A stretch of 64,000 bases of DNA from Gammaproteobacteria bacterium (GTDB lineage Bacteria > Pseudomonadota > Gammaproteobacteria > GCA-001735895). The position numbers and the translations under genes are program-made. The number at the start of each line of letters is the position of its first letter. The first letter of the stretch is position 1. Positions 20,191-31,148 of this stretch are shown piece after piece. The DNA lies in assembly GCA_050298595.1 (NCBI GenBank), contig JBNKUM010000048.1, positions 1-64,000 on the forward strand, given 5' to 3'. Below the pieces are notes generated by a model that ran no database searches, had not been told where the DNA came from, and saw nothing but the letters and a program-made list of their open reading frames with translations.

Positions 20191-21984
20191 TTAACCCGAT
20201 TGACTGGTGATATCGACATACAGTTTAAGTTTTTGACCGGGTTGTAGGTATTTCCCTAATTTGTTCCATTTTTTTATATCGGCGACACGAATATTGAATT
20301 TATCAGCAATATGAGATAACGAGTCCCCCTTCCTTACCGTGTAACGCAATGCATGCACTTTATGATTCGGGCTTCTATCAAACAGGCTGACACGCCGGGC
20401 TGAAGGCGAGGCGTTTTGCCAAACCACCAGTTTCTGTCCGACTTTCAGTGTATCGATAGGTGCCATGCCATTCCATTTAGCAAGGGAGTTGGTTGTTACG
20501 CCATAGTGACGCGAAATACTCCAGAAGCTCTCCCCTGATTTAACTGTATGGGTGATTTTATTTCCACTGCGAGAAGTGCTTTTAATCTTATTGATGCGCG
20601 AGGACTGGCTCAGGCTATATTGCTTTAATGAACGGGTCGCCGTAGGGATGAGCAGATATTTCCCTGCTCGTATTTGAGTGCCCCGGATTTTATTCACCTG
20701 TTTGATGAGCTGGGTTGATGTGCGATAGCGATTGGCAATGACGCTTAATGTGTCACCATTTTTAATTTTATATCGCACCCAGTTTATACGTTTCTGTTTG
20801 GGTAGTTTGGCGAGTCCAGTGTTAAATTGTTCAACCGATTCTCTGGGTAGCAGTAATCGGTGCGGGCCATTTGGCGCTGTAGCCCAACGATTGAAAGCAG
20901 GGTTTAACTGATATAACTGTTCAGTAGTAATTCCGGCAAGATCTGCTGCCAGCGCAAGATCAATCTGACTGTCCAGCTCTACGATGCCGTAACCCTGTTC
21001 ATCTTCAATATGCAATAACTCAAGATCATATTTCTCAGGGTTACTAAACAGCTCCTTGAGAGCGAGTAGCTTAGGTACATAGAACCTGGTTTCAGGACGT
21101 AAATTGGTCAAATGCCAGAAATCGGTTTCGCGTCCTTTTTTCTTATTGTATCGAATTGCCGAGCGAACTTTTCCTGGGCCTGCATTATATGATGCTAGTG
21201 CAAGCTCCCAATCCTGGTCGAATTGCCCCGCCAGATTTTGTAAATATTTTGTAGCCGCTTTGGTGGATTCGATGATGTCTCTACGACCGTCGTACCACCA
21301 GTTTTGTTTGAGGCCGAGATGACGCCCTGTAGAAGGAATGATTTGCCACATACCTGATGCACGCCCGTGTGAATAGGCAAAGGCTTGATAAGCAGACTCC
21401 ACGATAGGTAGTAAAGCCAGTTCAGTGGGTAAATTCTTTTTTTCCAGCTCATCCAGGATGAAGGGGAGTACCGGTTCCGCACGGGACATCACCCGTTCCA
21501 GATATTCACGATGTTTCAGATACCAGTCTAATTGAACCTGTACACGAGAATTCATCACCGATTTCATCTGCATCCCCTGTTGCAGACGAGTCCAGGCTGT
21601 ATTCTCTCGTTGCAGGGCAGTTTCAGCTTCCTGCATGATTTCATTTGATACAGAAGGATTAGTGGATGAACTATCGATATCCTGTTCACCGCTATCGACT
21701 ATAACAGGTTGATTATTTAAGGCATCTGATGCTTCCGCAGGAGGCGGTTCAGGGGAGTAATTCGGCTCCTGTAGCAGAGATGCACTTGCGATAAATTCTT
21801 CCTGAGTCGGCAGTAAAACCACAGAGTTTTGTTCGAGCATTAATAATTCAGTCGACACAGTAGCAGTAGGCTGCTGCTCTTGCAGGAGAGTATGGCAGGC
21901 TGATAAATAAATAAAAGCGGGGGCAATGAATAGCAGCCTGTACGAGGTATTAATTTTTTTCACTTTGTTTATTATAGCGTTCAT
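20191..21984 (-). CDS. mltD: Membrane-bound lytic murein transglycosylase D (SLT domain + LysM repeats)
   Basis: Lipobox LSAC, catalytic LLPIVES, GMWQI and ASYNAG motifs, three LysM repeats. Confidence 0.93.
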   Translation of the reverse strand: MNAIINKVKKINTSYRLLFIAPAFIYLSACHTLLQEQQPTATVSTELLMLEQNSVVLLPTQEEFIASASLLQEPNYSPEPPPAEASDALNNQPVIVDSGEQDIDSSSTNPSVSNEIMQEAETALQRENTAWTRLQQGMQMKSVMNSRVQVQLDWYLKHREYLERVMSRAEPVLPFILDELEKKNLPTELALLPIVESAYQAFAYSHGRASGMWQIIPSTGRHLGLKQNWWYDGRRDIIESTKAATKYLQNLAGQFDQDWELALASYNAGPGKVRSAIRYNKKKGRETDFWHLTNLRPETRFYVPKLLALKELFSNPEKYDLELLHIEDEQGYGIVELDSQIDLALAADLAGITTEQLYQLNPAFNRWATAPNGPHRLLLPRESVEQFNTGLAKLPKQKRINWVRYKIKNGDTLSVIANRYRTSTQLIKQVNKIRGTQIRAGKYLLIPTATRSLKQYSLSQSSRINKIKSTSRSGNKITHTVKSGESFWSISRHYGVTTNSLAKWNGMAPIDTLKVGQKLVVWQNASPSARRVSLFDRSPNHKVHALRYTVRKGDSLSHIADKFNIRVADIKKWNKLGKYLQPGQKLKLYVDITSQSG

Positions 21985-22038
21985 TATGAAATATGCGCGA
22001 AATCCTACAAGCCTGAAGCCATCAAAGCAAGGTTAATA

Positions 22039-22818
22039 ATGCTAGAACATAGTCCAAAATTAATTAAAGATAAAAAAGTTAACCCATCTTCATCGTCCCT
22101 GGATTTTTGGTATAAATCCCCTTTGGGTGAATATCTGGCTCATCAAATCAAGCTTTATCTGGATGAGATTCTTGCAACCAGTTTTGGATATTACGCCATA
22201 CAGTTAGGCAGTAACCCTTTACCAGATGAGTTTTTATCTGGCTGTCGCGTGAAACATGTTTTCCATCTGGGACAGCAGCAAAAGCATCAGCATGCGAATG
22301 TGGACTTAAGTTTTTTGCCAGTGGCGACCGATAGTATTGACCTGGTGATACTGACACATGCATTGTCCCAATGCTCTGATCCTCATGCCCTTTTACGTGA
22401 GGTAAATCGAGTATTGATACCTGACGGCAAACTTCTTATCATCGATTTCAATCCAGTATCTTTGTGGGGGGTGCGTCATATATTTCAGTCCTGGCTGGAG
22501 GAGGAGCCCTGGGGGGGACATTATTATACCGCCAGGCGGCTTAAGGACTGGACCAGTCTGCTAGGGTTCGATTTACTCAATCATTATCGCTGTGGCTATA
22601 TATTACCGATAAATTTTCAGCGATTGATCGATAAATCCAGTATTTTTAGCAGGTTTTCCAAACGTTGGTTAAAATTTTCGGCAGCAGTTAATATTCTGGA
22701 ATTTGAAAAAAATACTATTCCTTTGACTCCTTATAGAAAGCGCTGGGTTAAGCAGCGCATATTATCTCCAAAAGTAATTCGTCCAGGTATTGGGCGAGGA
22801 ATGAAATATGACAAATAA
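22039..22818 (+). CDS. Class I SAM-dependent methyltransferase (YafS-like, Methyltransf_11)
   Basis: [38 protein letters not shown] and FNPVSLWG motifs; conserved position before rnhA. Confidence 0.85.
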   Translation: MLEHSPKLIKDKKVNPSSSSLDFWYKSPLGEYLAHQIKLYLDEILATSFGYYAIQLGSNPLPDEFLSGCRVKHVFHLGQQQKHQHANVDLSFLPVATDSIDLVILTHALSQCSDPHALLREVNRVLIPDGKLLIIDFNPVSLWGVRHIFQSWLEEEPWGGHYYTARRLKDWTSLLGFDLLNHYRCGYILPINFQRLIDKSSIFSRFSKRWLKFSAAVNILEFEKNTIPLTPYRKRWVKQRILSPKVIRPGIGRGMKYDK

Positions 22819-23254
22819 TGTAGTTCTGTATACCGACGGCGCCTGCCGCGGTAATCCCGGTCCTGGTGGCTGGGGAGCCTATCTAAAGTATGGCGATGCA
22901 GAAAAAAAACTCAAAGGCTATGAGCAGGAAACCACCAATAATCGTATGGAGTTATCTGCCGTGATTTACGGATTAAAGCAGCTATCTCGTTCCTGCCAGA
23001 TCGAATTAAAAACCGATTCCAAATACGTTTTGCAGGGTGTCACCGAATGGATGCCCGGATGGAAGAAAAACGGCTGGAAGACTGCAGCTAAAAAGCCGGT
23101 CAAGAATGTGGACCTGTGGCAGGCACTGGATAAAGAGTTGGCTCGCCATACCATCAACTGGCAATGGGTCAAGGGGCATTCCGGCGATCCAGGCAATGAA
23201 ATGGCCGATCTGCTGGCGAATCAGGCCATCGATCAACATACTGGAAAGGTATAA
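22808..23254 (+). CDS. rnhA: Ribonuclease HI
   Basis: [24 protein letters not shown] and [15 protein letters not shown]. Confidence 0.98.
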   Translation: MTNNVVLYTDGACRGNPGPGGWGAYLKYGDAEKKLKGYEQETTNNRMELSAVIYGLKQLSRSCQIELKTDSKYVLQGVTEWMPGWKKNGWKTAAKKPVKNVDLWQALDKELARHTINWQWVKGHSGDPGNEMADLLANQAIDQHTGKV

Positions 23255-23952
23255 TGGCAAGACAGATTATACTAGATACGGAAACCACCGGCCTGGAGCC
23301 AAAGCAGGGCCACAAGATCATAGAAATCGGTTGTGTCGAAATGCAGAACCGACGACTGACCCACAACCACTGGCATCATTATCTGAACCCGGACCGGGAA
23401 ATCGATACCGGCGCCTTTGAGGTACATGGCATTAGTAATGAATTCGTGCAGGATAAACCACGCTTTCATGAACTCGCTGAGAACTTTCTGGAATATATCA
23501 ATGGCGCAGAATTGATCATTCATAATGCATCATTTGATATTGGGTTTCTAAACCATGAATTGTCGCTACTGGATGGTGACTGGCCACTGATTGAGGATAT
23601 CTGCACTGTCACCGATACTCTAAAGATGGCTCGAGAGAAACATCCAGGGCAAAAGAACAATCTGGATGCGCTATGCCGACGTTACGAAATTGACAACAGT
23701 AGTAGAACCCTGCATGGCGCTTTACTTGATGCCGAGATCCTGGCCGAAGTCTATCTGGCAATGACGGGAGGGCAGACTCTGCTATCACTGGATGCAGAGG
23801 ATAGTTCTGATCATGCTCACGAAGAACAACTGGTATCACTGTCTAATGTTCCACTGGAACTCCCTGTGTGGACAGTGCCAGAGTCCGATAAGCAGGCACA
23901 TCAGGAATATCTGCAATACCTTCAGGAGAATTCAGGTTCTAGTGTCTGGTAA
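23254..23952 (+). CDS. dnaQ: DNA polymerase III epsilon subunit
   Basis: Exo motifs LDTETTG, HNASFD and HGALLDAEIL; TAATG coupling with rnhA. Confidence 0.97.
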   Translation: MARQIILDTETTGLEPKQGHKIIEIGCVEMQNRRLTHNHWHHYLNPDREIDTGAFEVHGISNEFVQDKPRFHELAENFLEYINGAELIIHNASFDIGFLNHELSLLDGDWPLIEDICTVTDTLKMAREKHPGQKNNLDALCRRYEIDNSSRTLHGALLDAEILAEVYLAMTGGQTLLSLDAEDSSDHAHEEQLVSLSNVPLELPVWTVPESDKQAHQEYLQYLQENSGSSVW

Positions 23953-24108
23953 CAGGACCTGATTTTTTAAGCGATACTCTGACTGCTTAATCCCAGGCTG
24001 TGCCGCTTTTTGCGTTCCAACTGATTTCATCAGCTCTAACCCCATCGGGATAGATCTCTATCTCTATTGACTCCAATCACATGGCTTTTTGGGGTTGAAG
24101 GTTTAATG

Positions 24109-24161
24109 GCTGAATATTAGAATCGGTTAATAAATTAATTAACCACCATCAATATTCCAGC
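24109..24161. promoter_or_regulatory. Extended AT-rich palindrome upstream of soeA (putative operator)
   Basis: GCTG-AATATT-N6-GGTTAATAAATTAATTAACC-N6-AATATT-CCAGC. Confidence 0.45.
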
Positions 24162-24215
24162 TATGTCTATGACATGCTGGATTTTTTGCTATTAACCGAA
24201 CTTCAGGCCCCAATC

Positions 24216-27122
24216 ATGCAGGATCCAACCCTTCAATCAGACCGAGACATTGGTAATGTAGAGATCAAGGAAACGACCTGTTATATGTGCGCCTGCCGCT
24301 GTGGTATCCGTGTCACGTTGCGTGACGGGGAAGTGCGCCATATAGAAGGGAATCCAAATCATCCGCACAACGAAGGTGTTATCTGCGCCAAAGGCTCGTC
24401 CGGTATCATGAAGCAGTATTCTCCAGCGCGTATTACCAAACCTCTATTACGTAAACCGAATGCTGAACGTGGCGAGTCTGAATTCGAAGAAATTTCCTGG
24501 GACAGGGCCTTCGATATTATGCAGGAACGCCTGGCACGTATCCGCTCTGATGACCCCAAAAAATTCGCGCTGTGTACCGGTCGCGACCAGATGCAGGCAT
24601 TGACCGGCATGTTCGCCAAACAGTTCGGAACGCCCAACTATTCGGCTCATGGCGGATTCTGTTCGGTGAATATGGCCGCAGGCATGATCTACACGATTGG
24701 CGGATCGTTCTGGGAATTTGGCGGGCCAGATCTGGATCGCGCCAAGCTATTCGTGATGATCGGTACCGCCGAGGATCATGACTCGAACCCACTCAAGATT
24801 CATATCTCGAAATTCAAGCGTCGTGGTGGAAAGTTTATTTCCATCAATCCCATCCGTAGTGGTTACTCAGCTATTGCCGATGAATGGGTACCGATCAAAC
24901 CGGGTACCGATGGTGCACTGATAATGGCCCTGATTCACCAGTTGATCAAACAGGGCCTGTATGACCGCGAATTTCTTGTGCAATACACCAATTCTGCGGA
25001 GTTGGTCGTTGACGATCCCAAACGCGATAATCATGGCCTGTTCAAACGCTTTGAAATGCATATTGATGAAGGCTGCTTCGATCCTGAAAATAAGCTGTGG
25101 TGGGATCGCGAACTGGATAAAGAGATTTCAACACATACACCGGGTGTAGATCCTCGTCTACTCGGCTCCTTTACCCTGGAAGATGGCACTCCGGTGAAAC
25201 CAGCATTCCAGTTGCTCAAGGAAAGGGTAGAAGACTACACCCCTGAGTGGGCCGAAGGCATTACCGGCATACCTGCCGAAACGATTATTCGACTAGCTCA
25301 TGAAATGGGTGTTACTGCACGAGACCATCAGATCGAGTTGCCGATCCAGTGGGAAGATTGCTGGGATAATGTGCATGAATCGGTCAAGGGCAATCCGGTA
25401 GCATTCCATTCGATGCGTGGTCTGGCCGCTCATTCCAACGGTTTTCAGTCGATACGCGCGTTGAGCATACTGATGACCCTGCTTGGCACTATCGACCGTC
25501 CCGGTGGATTTCGTCATAAGGCACCATTCCCCAGACCCATTCCACCATGCCCGAAACCACCCAATAGTCCAGAAGGTGTCCAACCAGACACTCCGCTGGA
25601 TGGTATGCCACTAGGCTGGCCAGGCAAACCGGAAGATCTGTTTATCGATGATGAAGGAAAACCGGTTCGCCTTGACAAGGCGTTTTCCTGGGAATATCCC
25701 TTGTCGGTACACGGTCTGATGCACAATGCGATAACCAATGCCTGGCGCGGTGATCCGTACAAGATCGACACCATGCTGTTATTCATGGCCAACATGGCGT
25801 GGAATTCATCGATGAATACCGTCAATGTGCGCGACATGCTGAAAGACAAGGATGAAAACGGCGAATACAAGATTCCATTTTTGATAGTCTGCGATGCATT
25901 CCAGTCCGAGACGGTAGCCTTTGCGGATCTGGTATTACCCGATACCACCTATCTTGAGCGCTACGATGCGCTCTCCATGCTGGATAGACCTATCTCTGAA
26001 TACAGTGGCCCGGTGGATTCAGTACGTATACCAGTATTACCACCAAGCGGTGAATGCAAGCCGTTTCAGGAAGTATTAATCGAGCTGGGTTCGCGTCTGG
26101 GCCTGCCAGCTTTTGTAAAAGATGATGGCACGCCTAAATACCGCGACTATCCTGACTTTATCACCAACTATGAAACCTCACCGGGTTCCGGTATCGGTTT
26201 TCTGGCTGGCTGGCGTGGTAAGGGTGGTGAGAAATTCCTCAAGGGTGAACCTAATCCACGTCAGTGGGAAATGTATCAAAAGAATGGCTGTGTCTATCAT
26301 CACGAGCTGCCCAAGTCATACCAGTACATGCGTAACTGGAATAAAGGATATCTGCAATGGGCGCGCGCGCATGGTATGACACGTTACGCGGAACCGATTA
26401 CCATTCATCTGTATTCAGAAGTGCTACAGAAATTCCGCCTGGCAGCACAGGGTAAAACCACGGGCAGGCAACCGCCGGATCATCTGCGCAAACGTGTCGA
26501 AACCAACTTTGACCCGTTACCGTTTTATAGCGAAACCCTGTTATCGAAGCTGGAGGATACACATGACTATCCACTCAATGCGCTAACCCAACGCCCGATG
26601 GCGATGTACCATTCCTGGGATTCGTTGAATGCCTGGCTACGTCAGATTCATACGCATAATTACCTGTTCGCTAATCCGCTGGCTGCAAAACCGAAAGGTA
26701 TTAAGGATGGCGACTGGATCTGGGTTGAATCGCCCACCGGCAAGGTTCGGTGCATGTGTCGCTTTAGTGAAGCGGTAGAACCGGGCACGGTATGGACCTG
26801 GAATGCAATCGGTAAAGGTAACGGCGCCTGGGGACTTTCCAGCAATGCCAATGAATCTCGTAAAGGGTTTTTATTAAATCATCTGATCCCGGAAGAATTA
26901 CCGAAATGTGAAGCAGGAGATCACCTGTCAAATTCTGATCCGGTTACCGGTCAGGCTGCCTGGTTTGATGTGCGGGTTAGGATCAGCAAGGCCGACGACA
27001 GCGAACCCGCTGAGACATCGCCGCAGTTTCCTTTGCAAAAAATGGTGCCAGGCCAAAAGGGCCGGCATAAAAAGTGGCAGGCGTATTTCGCCGGGGTTTT
27101 CCGTAGTAAGGAGAAAATATAA
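24216..27122 (+). CDS. soeA: Sulfite:quinone dehydrogenase molybdopterin subunit SoeA (start probably ATG 24216)
   Basis: TTCYMCACRCGI Fe-S motif, CAKGSSGIMKQYSPAR and GRDQMQALTG; no Tat signal; in an operon with SoeB/SoeC-like genes. Confidence 0.9.
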   Translation: MQDPTLQSDRDIGNVEIKETTCYMCACRCGIRVTLRDGEVRHIEGNPNHPHNEGVICAKGSSGIMKQYSPARITKPLLRKPNAERGESEFEEISWDRAFDIMQERLARIRSDDPKKFALCTGRDQMQALTGMFAKQFGTPNYSAHGGFCSVNMAAGMIYTIGGSFWEFGGPDLDRAKLFVMIGTAEDHDSNPLKIHISKFKRRGGKFISINPIRSGYSAIADEWVPIKPGTDGALIMALIHQLIKQGLYDREFLVQYTNSAELVVDDPKRDNHGLFKRFEMHIDEGCFDPENKLWWDRELDKEISTHTPGVDPRLLGSFTLEDGTPVKPAFQLLKERVEDYTPEWAEGITGIPAETIIRLAHEMGVTARDHQIELPIQWEDCWDNVHESVKGNPVAFHSMRGLAAHSNGFQSIRALSILMTLLGTIDRPGGFRHKAPFPRPIPPCPKPPNSPEGVQPDTPLDGMPLGWPGKPEDLFIDDEGKPVRLDKAFSWEYPLSVHGLMHNAITNAWRGDPYKIDTMLLFMANMAWNSSMNTVNVRDMLKDKDENGEYKIPFLIVCDAFQSETVAFADLVLPDTTYLERYDALSMLDRPISEYSGPVDSVRIPVLPPSGECKPFQEVLIELGSRLGLPAFVKDDGTPKYRDYPDFITNYETSPGSGIGFLAGWRGKGGEKFLKGEPNPRQWEMYQKNGCVYHHELPKSYQYMRNWNKGYLQWARAHGMTRYAEPITIHLYSEVLQKFRLAAQGKTTGRQPPDHLRKRVETNFDPLPFYSETLLSKLEDTHDYPLNALTQRPMAMYHSWDSLNAWLRQIHTHNYLFANPLAAKPKGIKDGDWIWVESPTGKVRCMCRFSEAVEPGTVWTWNAIGKGNGAWGLSSNANESRKGFLLNHLIPEELPKCEAGDHLSNSDPVTGQAAWFDVRVRISKADDSEPAETSPQFPLQKMVPGQKGRHKKWQAYFAGVFRSKEKI

Positions 27123-27844
27123 TGACACAGCTCGCTCTGGTAATTGATCTGAATGTCTGTGTTGGCTGCCATGCCTGCGTAACCAGTTGTAAGTCCTGGA
27201 ACACCTCGGGCTGGGCCGGGCCTTTGCCTGATCAGAACCCGTATGATGCCGATCCTTCTGGTGTTTTCTTTAACCGCGTACAGACCTATGAAGTCGGCTG
27301 TTATCCGAATACCGAAACCGTGCATTTTCCCAAGTCCTGCCTGCATTGCGAAGATCCGCCCTGTGTACCGGTTTGCCCAACGGGAGCCAGCTACAAGCGT
27401 GAAGATAACGGCGTGGTACTGGTCGATTATGACAAATGTATCGGCTGTAAATACTGTTCCTGGGCCTGCCCCTATGGTGCTCGTGAATTTGATGAAAAAG
27501 GTAAGGTGATGAAGAAATGTACTCTGTGCATTGATCGTATAACCGATACAAATTTACCCGAATCAGAACGCAAACCCGCCTGTGTCATGGCCTGTCCAAC
27601 CAGCGCACGTATCTTTGGTGATGTACACGATCCAGAATCCGAAGCATCCAGAGCAATCCGCGAAGAGGGGGGGTACCAGTTGCAGCCTGAATGGGGCACG
27701 CGTCCGGCCAATCATTATCTGCCCAGACGTAAACAGCATATCCATATCAGCGAAGATGAGCTGGTACGTTCGGATAATCCGTTACGTAAGGAAGAAGACA
27801 GCAACTATGAACAGGGCGAGACTCTGGACGATGTCGCGTGGTAG
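27122..27844 (+). CDS. soeB: Sulfite dehydrogenase Fe-S subunit SoeB
   Basis: MTQLALVIDLNVCVGCHACVTSCK and four 4Fe-4S cysteine clusters. Confidence 0.9.
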   Translation: MTQLALVIDLNVCVGCHACVTSCKSWNTSGWAGPLPDQNPYDADPSGVFFNRVQTYEVGCYPNTETVHFPKSCLHCEDPPCVPVCPTGASYKREDNGVVLVDYDKCIGCKYCSWACPYGAREFDEKGKVMKKCTLCIDRITDTNLPESERKPACVMACPTSARIFGDVHDPESEASRAIREEGGYQLQPEWGTRPANHYLPRRKQHIHISEDELVRSDNPLRKEEDSNYEQGETLDDVAW

Positions 27845-27857
27845 AGACAAACAAACA

Positions 27858-27894
27858 TGTCATTGCGAACCCAGCGAAGGAATCTGTTGCAATG
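27858..27894. repeat. Degenerate REP-like palindrome between soeB and soeC
   Basis: TGTCATTGCGAAC...GCGAAGGAATC...GTTGCAATG; resembles GTCATTGCGAG...GAAGCAATC-type extragenic palindromes. Confidence 0.4.
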
Positions 27895-27926
27895 CCTGAA
27901 AGACTATAAATTGAGAATGAAATAAT

Positions 27927-28907
27927 ATGCATCCAGCATTTTCTGTAATTTTTCTAACCACCCTGATCGGCATAGGTCAGGGATTATTTTTGGCACTCTA
28001 TACCGGCCAACTGTATGGTCTGGCTCAGTTATTACCCGCACAGGATAGTCAGAGTTTTTATGCGTTGGGCTCATTTGTTGCGTTAGTATTTTTAATCGGT
28101 GGTCTGTTAGCCTCCTTTTTCCATCTGGGGCATCCAGAGCGTGCCTGGCGTGCCGCAACCATGTGGCGTACCTCATGGCTGTCGCGTGAAGTTATCGTAC
28201 TACCGGTATTCATGGGGCTGGTGTTTTTATACGCGGTGGTAAATTTCTTTGGTTGGACGCAACCGTTATTTATTGTGTCGGATACATTACCAGTGGATCT
28301 GAGTCTGATCATTGGCTTTATTGCCAGCTTTATAGCCTTTGTCCTGTATGTCTGTACCGCGATGATTTATGCAAGCCTGAAATTTCTTAAGGAATGGCAC
28401 ACGCCATTAACGGTATTTAATTACACCTTTCTTGGATTGGCTTCCGGCTTTATGTTAGCCGCTGCGTTCTCTGCTTATAATGGTGTTCGTCTGGTTACCT
28501 TTTTCGGCGTCTGGGCGGTTATTTTTACGATTATTGCTGGTATTGGGCGAGTTGCTTCCCTGATCAGAAACAAAAAATTACGTCCTAAAATTGATTTGCC
28601 ATCTGCCATCGGTGTTCGTCATCAAACACTGGTTCAGTTGACGCAGGGTTTCATTGGAGGCTCGTTTAATACCCGTGAGTTTTTTCATCATAAGTCGGCT
28701 TTCTTTGTGAATAGCGCTCGGCGTGTATTTTTGTGGCTGGTGTTTGTTGTGCCGGTGGTGCTGATTGTTACGGCTTATTTCCTGGCTTCAGAGGTTTTAC
28801 CTATGGTGGCATTCGTGATTCAGTATCTGGGATTGATGGCAGAGCGGTGGTATTTCTTTGCTGAGGCCAGGCATCCACAGAATCTTTATTATCAGCAGAT
28901 AGCATAA
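27927..28907 (+). CDS. soeC: DmsC/NrfD-type membrane anchor SoeC
   Basis: MHPAFSVIFLTTLIG, SFFHLGHPERAWRA..WRTSWLSRE and ERWYFFAEARHPQNLYYQ. Confidence 0.9.
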   Translation: MHPAFSVIFLTTLIGIGQGLFLALYTGQLYGLAQLLPAQDSQSFYALGSFVALVFLIGGLLASFFHLGHPERAWRAATMWRTSWLSREVIVLPVFMGLVFLYAVVNFFGWTQPLFIVSDTLPVDLSLIIGFIASFIAFVLYVCTAMIYASLKFLKEWHTPLTVFNYTFLGLASGFMLAAAFSAYNGVRLVTFFGVWAVIFTIIAGIGRVASLIRNKKLRPKIDLPSAIGVRHQTLVQLTQGFIGGSFNTREFFHHKSAFFVNSARRVFLWLVFVVPVVLIVTAYFLASEVLPMVAFVIQYLGLMAERWYFFAEARHPQNLYYQQIA

Positions 28908-28991
28908 CTCTCCTTTTATATAGCCTCTACCTGTACAAAGGTTTCGCACTCAAAGCTGTTCTGGCTATCGTAGTGAATGACGAGTGCGAGC

Positions 28992-29071
28992 GCGAGTCAC
29001 TTTTTGCCTACAGCAGCAAAAAGTAACCACAAAATTGACAGGATCAATTTTGAACAGCTGCCCGAAGGGCG
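28992..29071. repeat. Degenerate multi-hairpin intergenic repeat element
   Basis: Three consecutive stems: GTCACTTTTTGC/GCAAAAAGTAAC, CAAAATTGA-CAGGA-TCAATTTTG and GCCC-GAA-GGGC. Confidence 0.45.
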
Positions 29072-29306
29072 GAGAAAAACTAAGAAAAGTATTCGGTGGG
29101 ATTTAATACCATTTTATGCCACATTAGCTGTTTGGTTTTTGAGACAATGTTTTCTCATAACTTTTGAATACCGTTTTGTGGCTTAACAGATCTCACAAAT
29201 CGCCTCATCAAGAACTATATTCATTTCTCCGGGTTATTAACCCGCATTTTTTTGTTATCCTTGTCGTCCTATAAATCAAACCATTATTAACTGAATCAGG
29301 TGTGTT

Positions 29307-31148
29307 ATGCCCCGTTATCGCTCTCGTACGACTACTGAAGGACGCAATATGGCTGGAGCGCGTTCGCTTTGGCGCGCAACAGGAATGAAAGATGATGATT
29401 TTCAAAAACCGATCATCGCTGTGGTCAATTCTTTTACCCAGTTCGTTCCCGGGCATGTACATCTGAAAGATATCGGCCAGCTGGTCGCTCGTGAGATCGA
29501 AGCCGCTGGTGGCGTGGCGAAAGAATTCAATACTATTGCAGTCGATGATGGTATCGCCATGGGTCACGATGGCATGCTCTACAGTCTGCCCAGTCGTGAT
29601 CTGATCGCTGATTCGGTCGAGTACATGGTGAACGCCCACTGCGCCGATGCCATGGTCTGTATCTCCAACTGCGACAAGATAACGCCGGGGATGCTGATGG
29701 CGGCTATGCGCATCAATATCCCCGTGGTGTTCGTTTCCGGTGGGCCGATGGAAGCGGGTAAGACCAAACTGTCCGAGCATGGTCTGGATCTTGTTGATGC
29801 CATGGTGATCGCTGTTGACGATAAGGCAAGCGATGAAAAGGTTCTGGAATACGAACGCAGTGCCTGTCCGACCTGTGGCTCCTGTTCCGGCATGTTTACG
29901 GCCAACTCTATGAACTGTCTCACCGAGGCTCTGGGTCTGAGTCTGCCCGGTAACGGTACCATGCTGGCTACCCATGCCGATCGCGAGCAATTGTTTAAAC
30001 GTGCTGGGTCGTTGATAGTCGAAATCTCCAAACGTTACTACGAGCAGGATGATGACAGTGTGCTACCGCGCAGTATTGGTTCAAAAGCCGCATTCAACAA
30101 CGCTATGGCGCTGGATATTGCAATGGGTGGTTCGACTAATACCATCCTGCATCTGCTGGGTATCGCACGTGAGGCGGAGGTGGATTTCACCCTGAAGGAT
30201 ATAGAGGCCTTGAGTCACAAGGTGCCACAGCTTTGTAAGGTAGCGCCGAATACACCGAAATACCACATCGAAGATGTACACCGTGCTGGTGGTATCTTCG
30301 GCATACTTGCTGAACTCAATCGTGCGGGATTGCTTGGTGCAGACTGCCCAACAGTGCATAGCACGACCATGCAGCAGGCACTTGATCAATGGGATATCAC
30401 GCTAAGTGATAATGCCGATGTAAAGCAATTCTACAAGGCTGGGCCGGCTGGTATCCCTTCGCAAACTGCATTTAGCCAGGCGACTCGTTGGCCGAGTCTG
30501 GATGATGATAGGACCAATGGTTGTATCCGTTCATTAGAAAACGCCTATAGTCTGCAAGGTGGTCTGGCCGTGCTTTATGGCAATATCGCTGAAGATGGTT
30601 GCGTGGTCAAAACGGCGGGTGTTGATGACTCCATTCTGGTATTCGAAGGCAGTGCGCATGTCACCGAATCACAGGATCAGGCGGTGGATGATATTCTCAA
30701 TGACCGGGTTAAGGCCGGTGATGTTGTCATAGTTCGCTACGAAGGACCGAAGGGTGGACCCGGTATGCAGGAAATGCTTTATCCAACCTCTTATATTAAA
30801 TCCAAAGGTTTGGGAAAAAGCTGCGCCTTATTGACCGATGGCCGTTTTTCGGGCGGTACTTCGGGGCTATCTATCGGGCATGTTTCACCCGAAGCAGCAT
30901 CCGGTGGTGCGATTGGACTGGTAGAGGATGGGGATACGATTGTCATCGATATTCCAAACCGCTCAATTAACGTCAAGCTATCCGACGAAGAACTGGCCGC
31001 ACGTCGTGCTAAACGGGATGAAATGGGCTGGATGCCGAAAGAGCCGCGTCCGCGTAAAGTGTCTGCGGCGCTGAAGGCTTATGCGATGTTGGCGTTGAGC
31101 GCAGATAAGGGTGCAGTGCGAGATTTGTCGAAGTTGGAAGGGTTTTGA
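29307..31148 (+). CDS. ilvD: Dihydroxy-acid dehydratase
   Basis: [54 protein letters not shown] and [11 protein letters not shown]. Confidence 0.98.
   Translation: MPRYRSRTTTEGRNMAGARSLWRATGMKDDDFQKPIIAVVNSFTQFVPGHVHLKDIGQLVAREIEAAGGVAKEFNTIAVDDGIAMGHDGMLYSLPSRDLIADSVEYMVNAHCADAMVCISNCDKITPGMLMAAMRINIPVVFVSGGPMEAGKTKLSEHGLDLVDAMVIAVDDKASDEKVLEYERSACPTCGSCSGMFTANSMNCLTEALGLSLPGNGTMLATHADREQLFKRAGSLIVEISKRYYEQDDDSVLPRSIGSKAAFNNAMALDIAMGGSTNTILHLLGIAREAEVDFTLKDIEALSHKVPQLCKVAPNTPKYHIEDVHRAGGIFGILAELNRAGLLGADCPTVHSTTMQQALDQWDITLSDNADVKQFYKAGPAGIPSQTAFSQATRWPSLDDDRTNGCIRSLENAYSLQGGLAVLYGNIAEDGCVVKTAGVDDSILVFEGSAHVTESQDQAVDDILNDRVKAGDVVIVRYEGPKGGPGMQEMLYPTSYIKSKGLGKSCALLTDGRFSGGTSGLSIGHVSPEAASGGAIGLVEDGDTIVIDIPNRSINVKLSDEELAARRAKRDEMGWMPKEPRPRKVSAALKAYAMLALSADKGAVRDLSKLEGF

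Noticed and set aside
24216-28907. DMSO reductase or formate dehydrogenase call for the molybdoenzyme operon
   Set aside because: No Tat signal, and the N-terminal and subunit motifs match SoeABC better.
29208-30031. Long antisense ORFs (260 aa and 150 aa) opposite ilvD
   Set aside because: Shadow frames of a conserved, codon-biased gene; no independent features.
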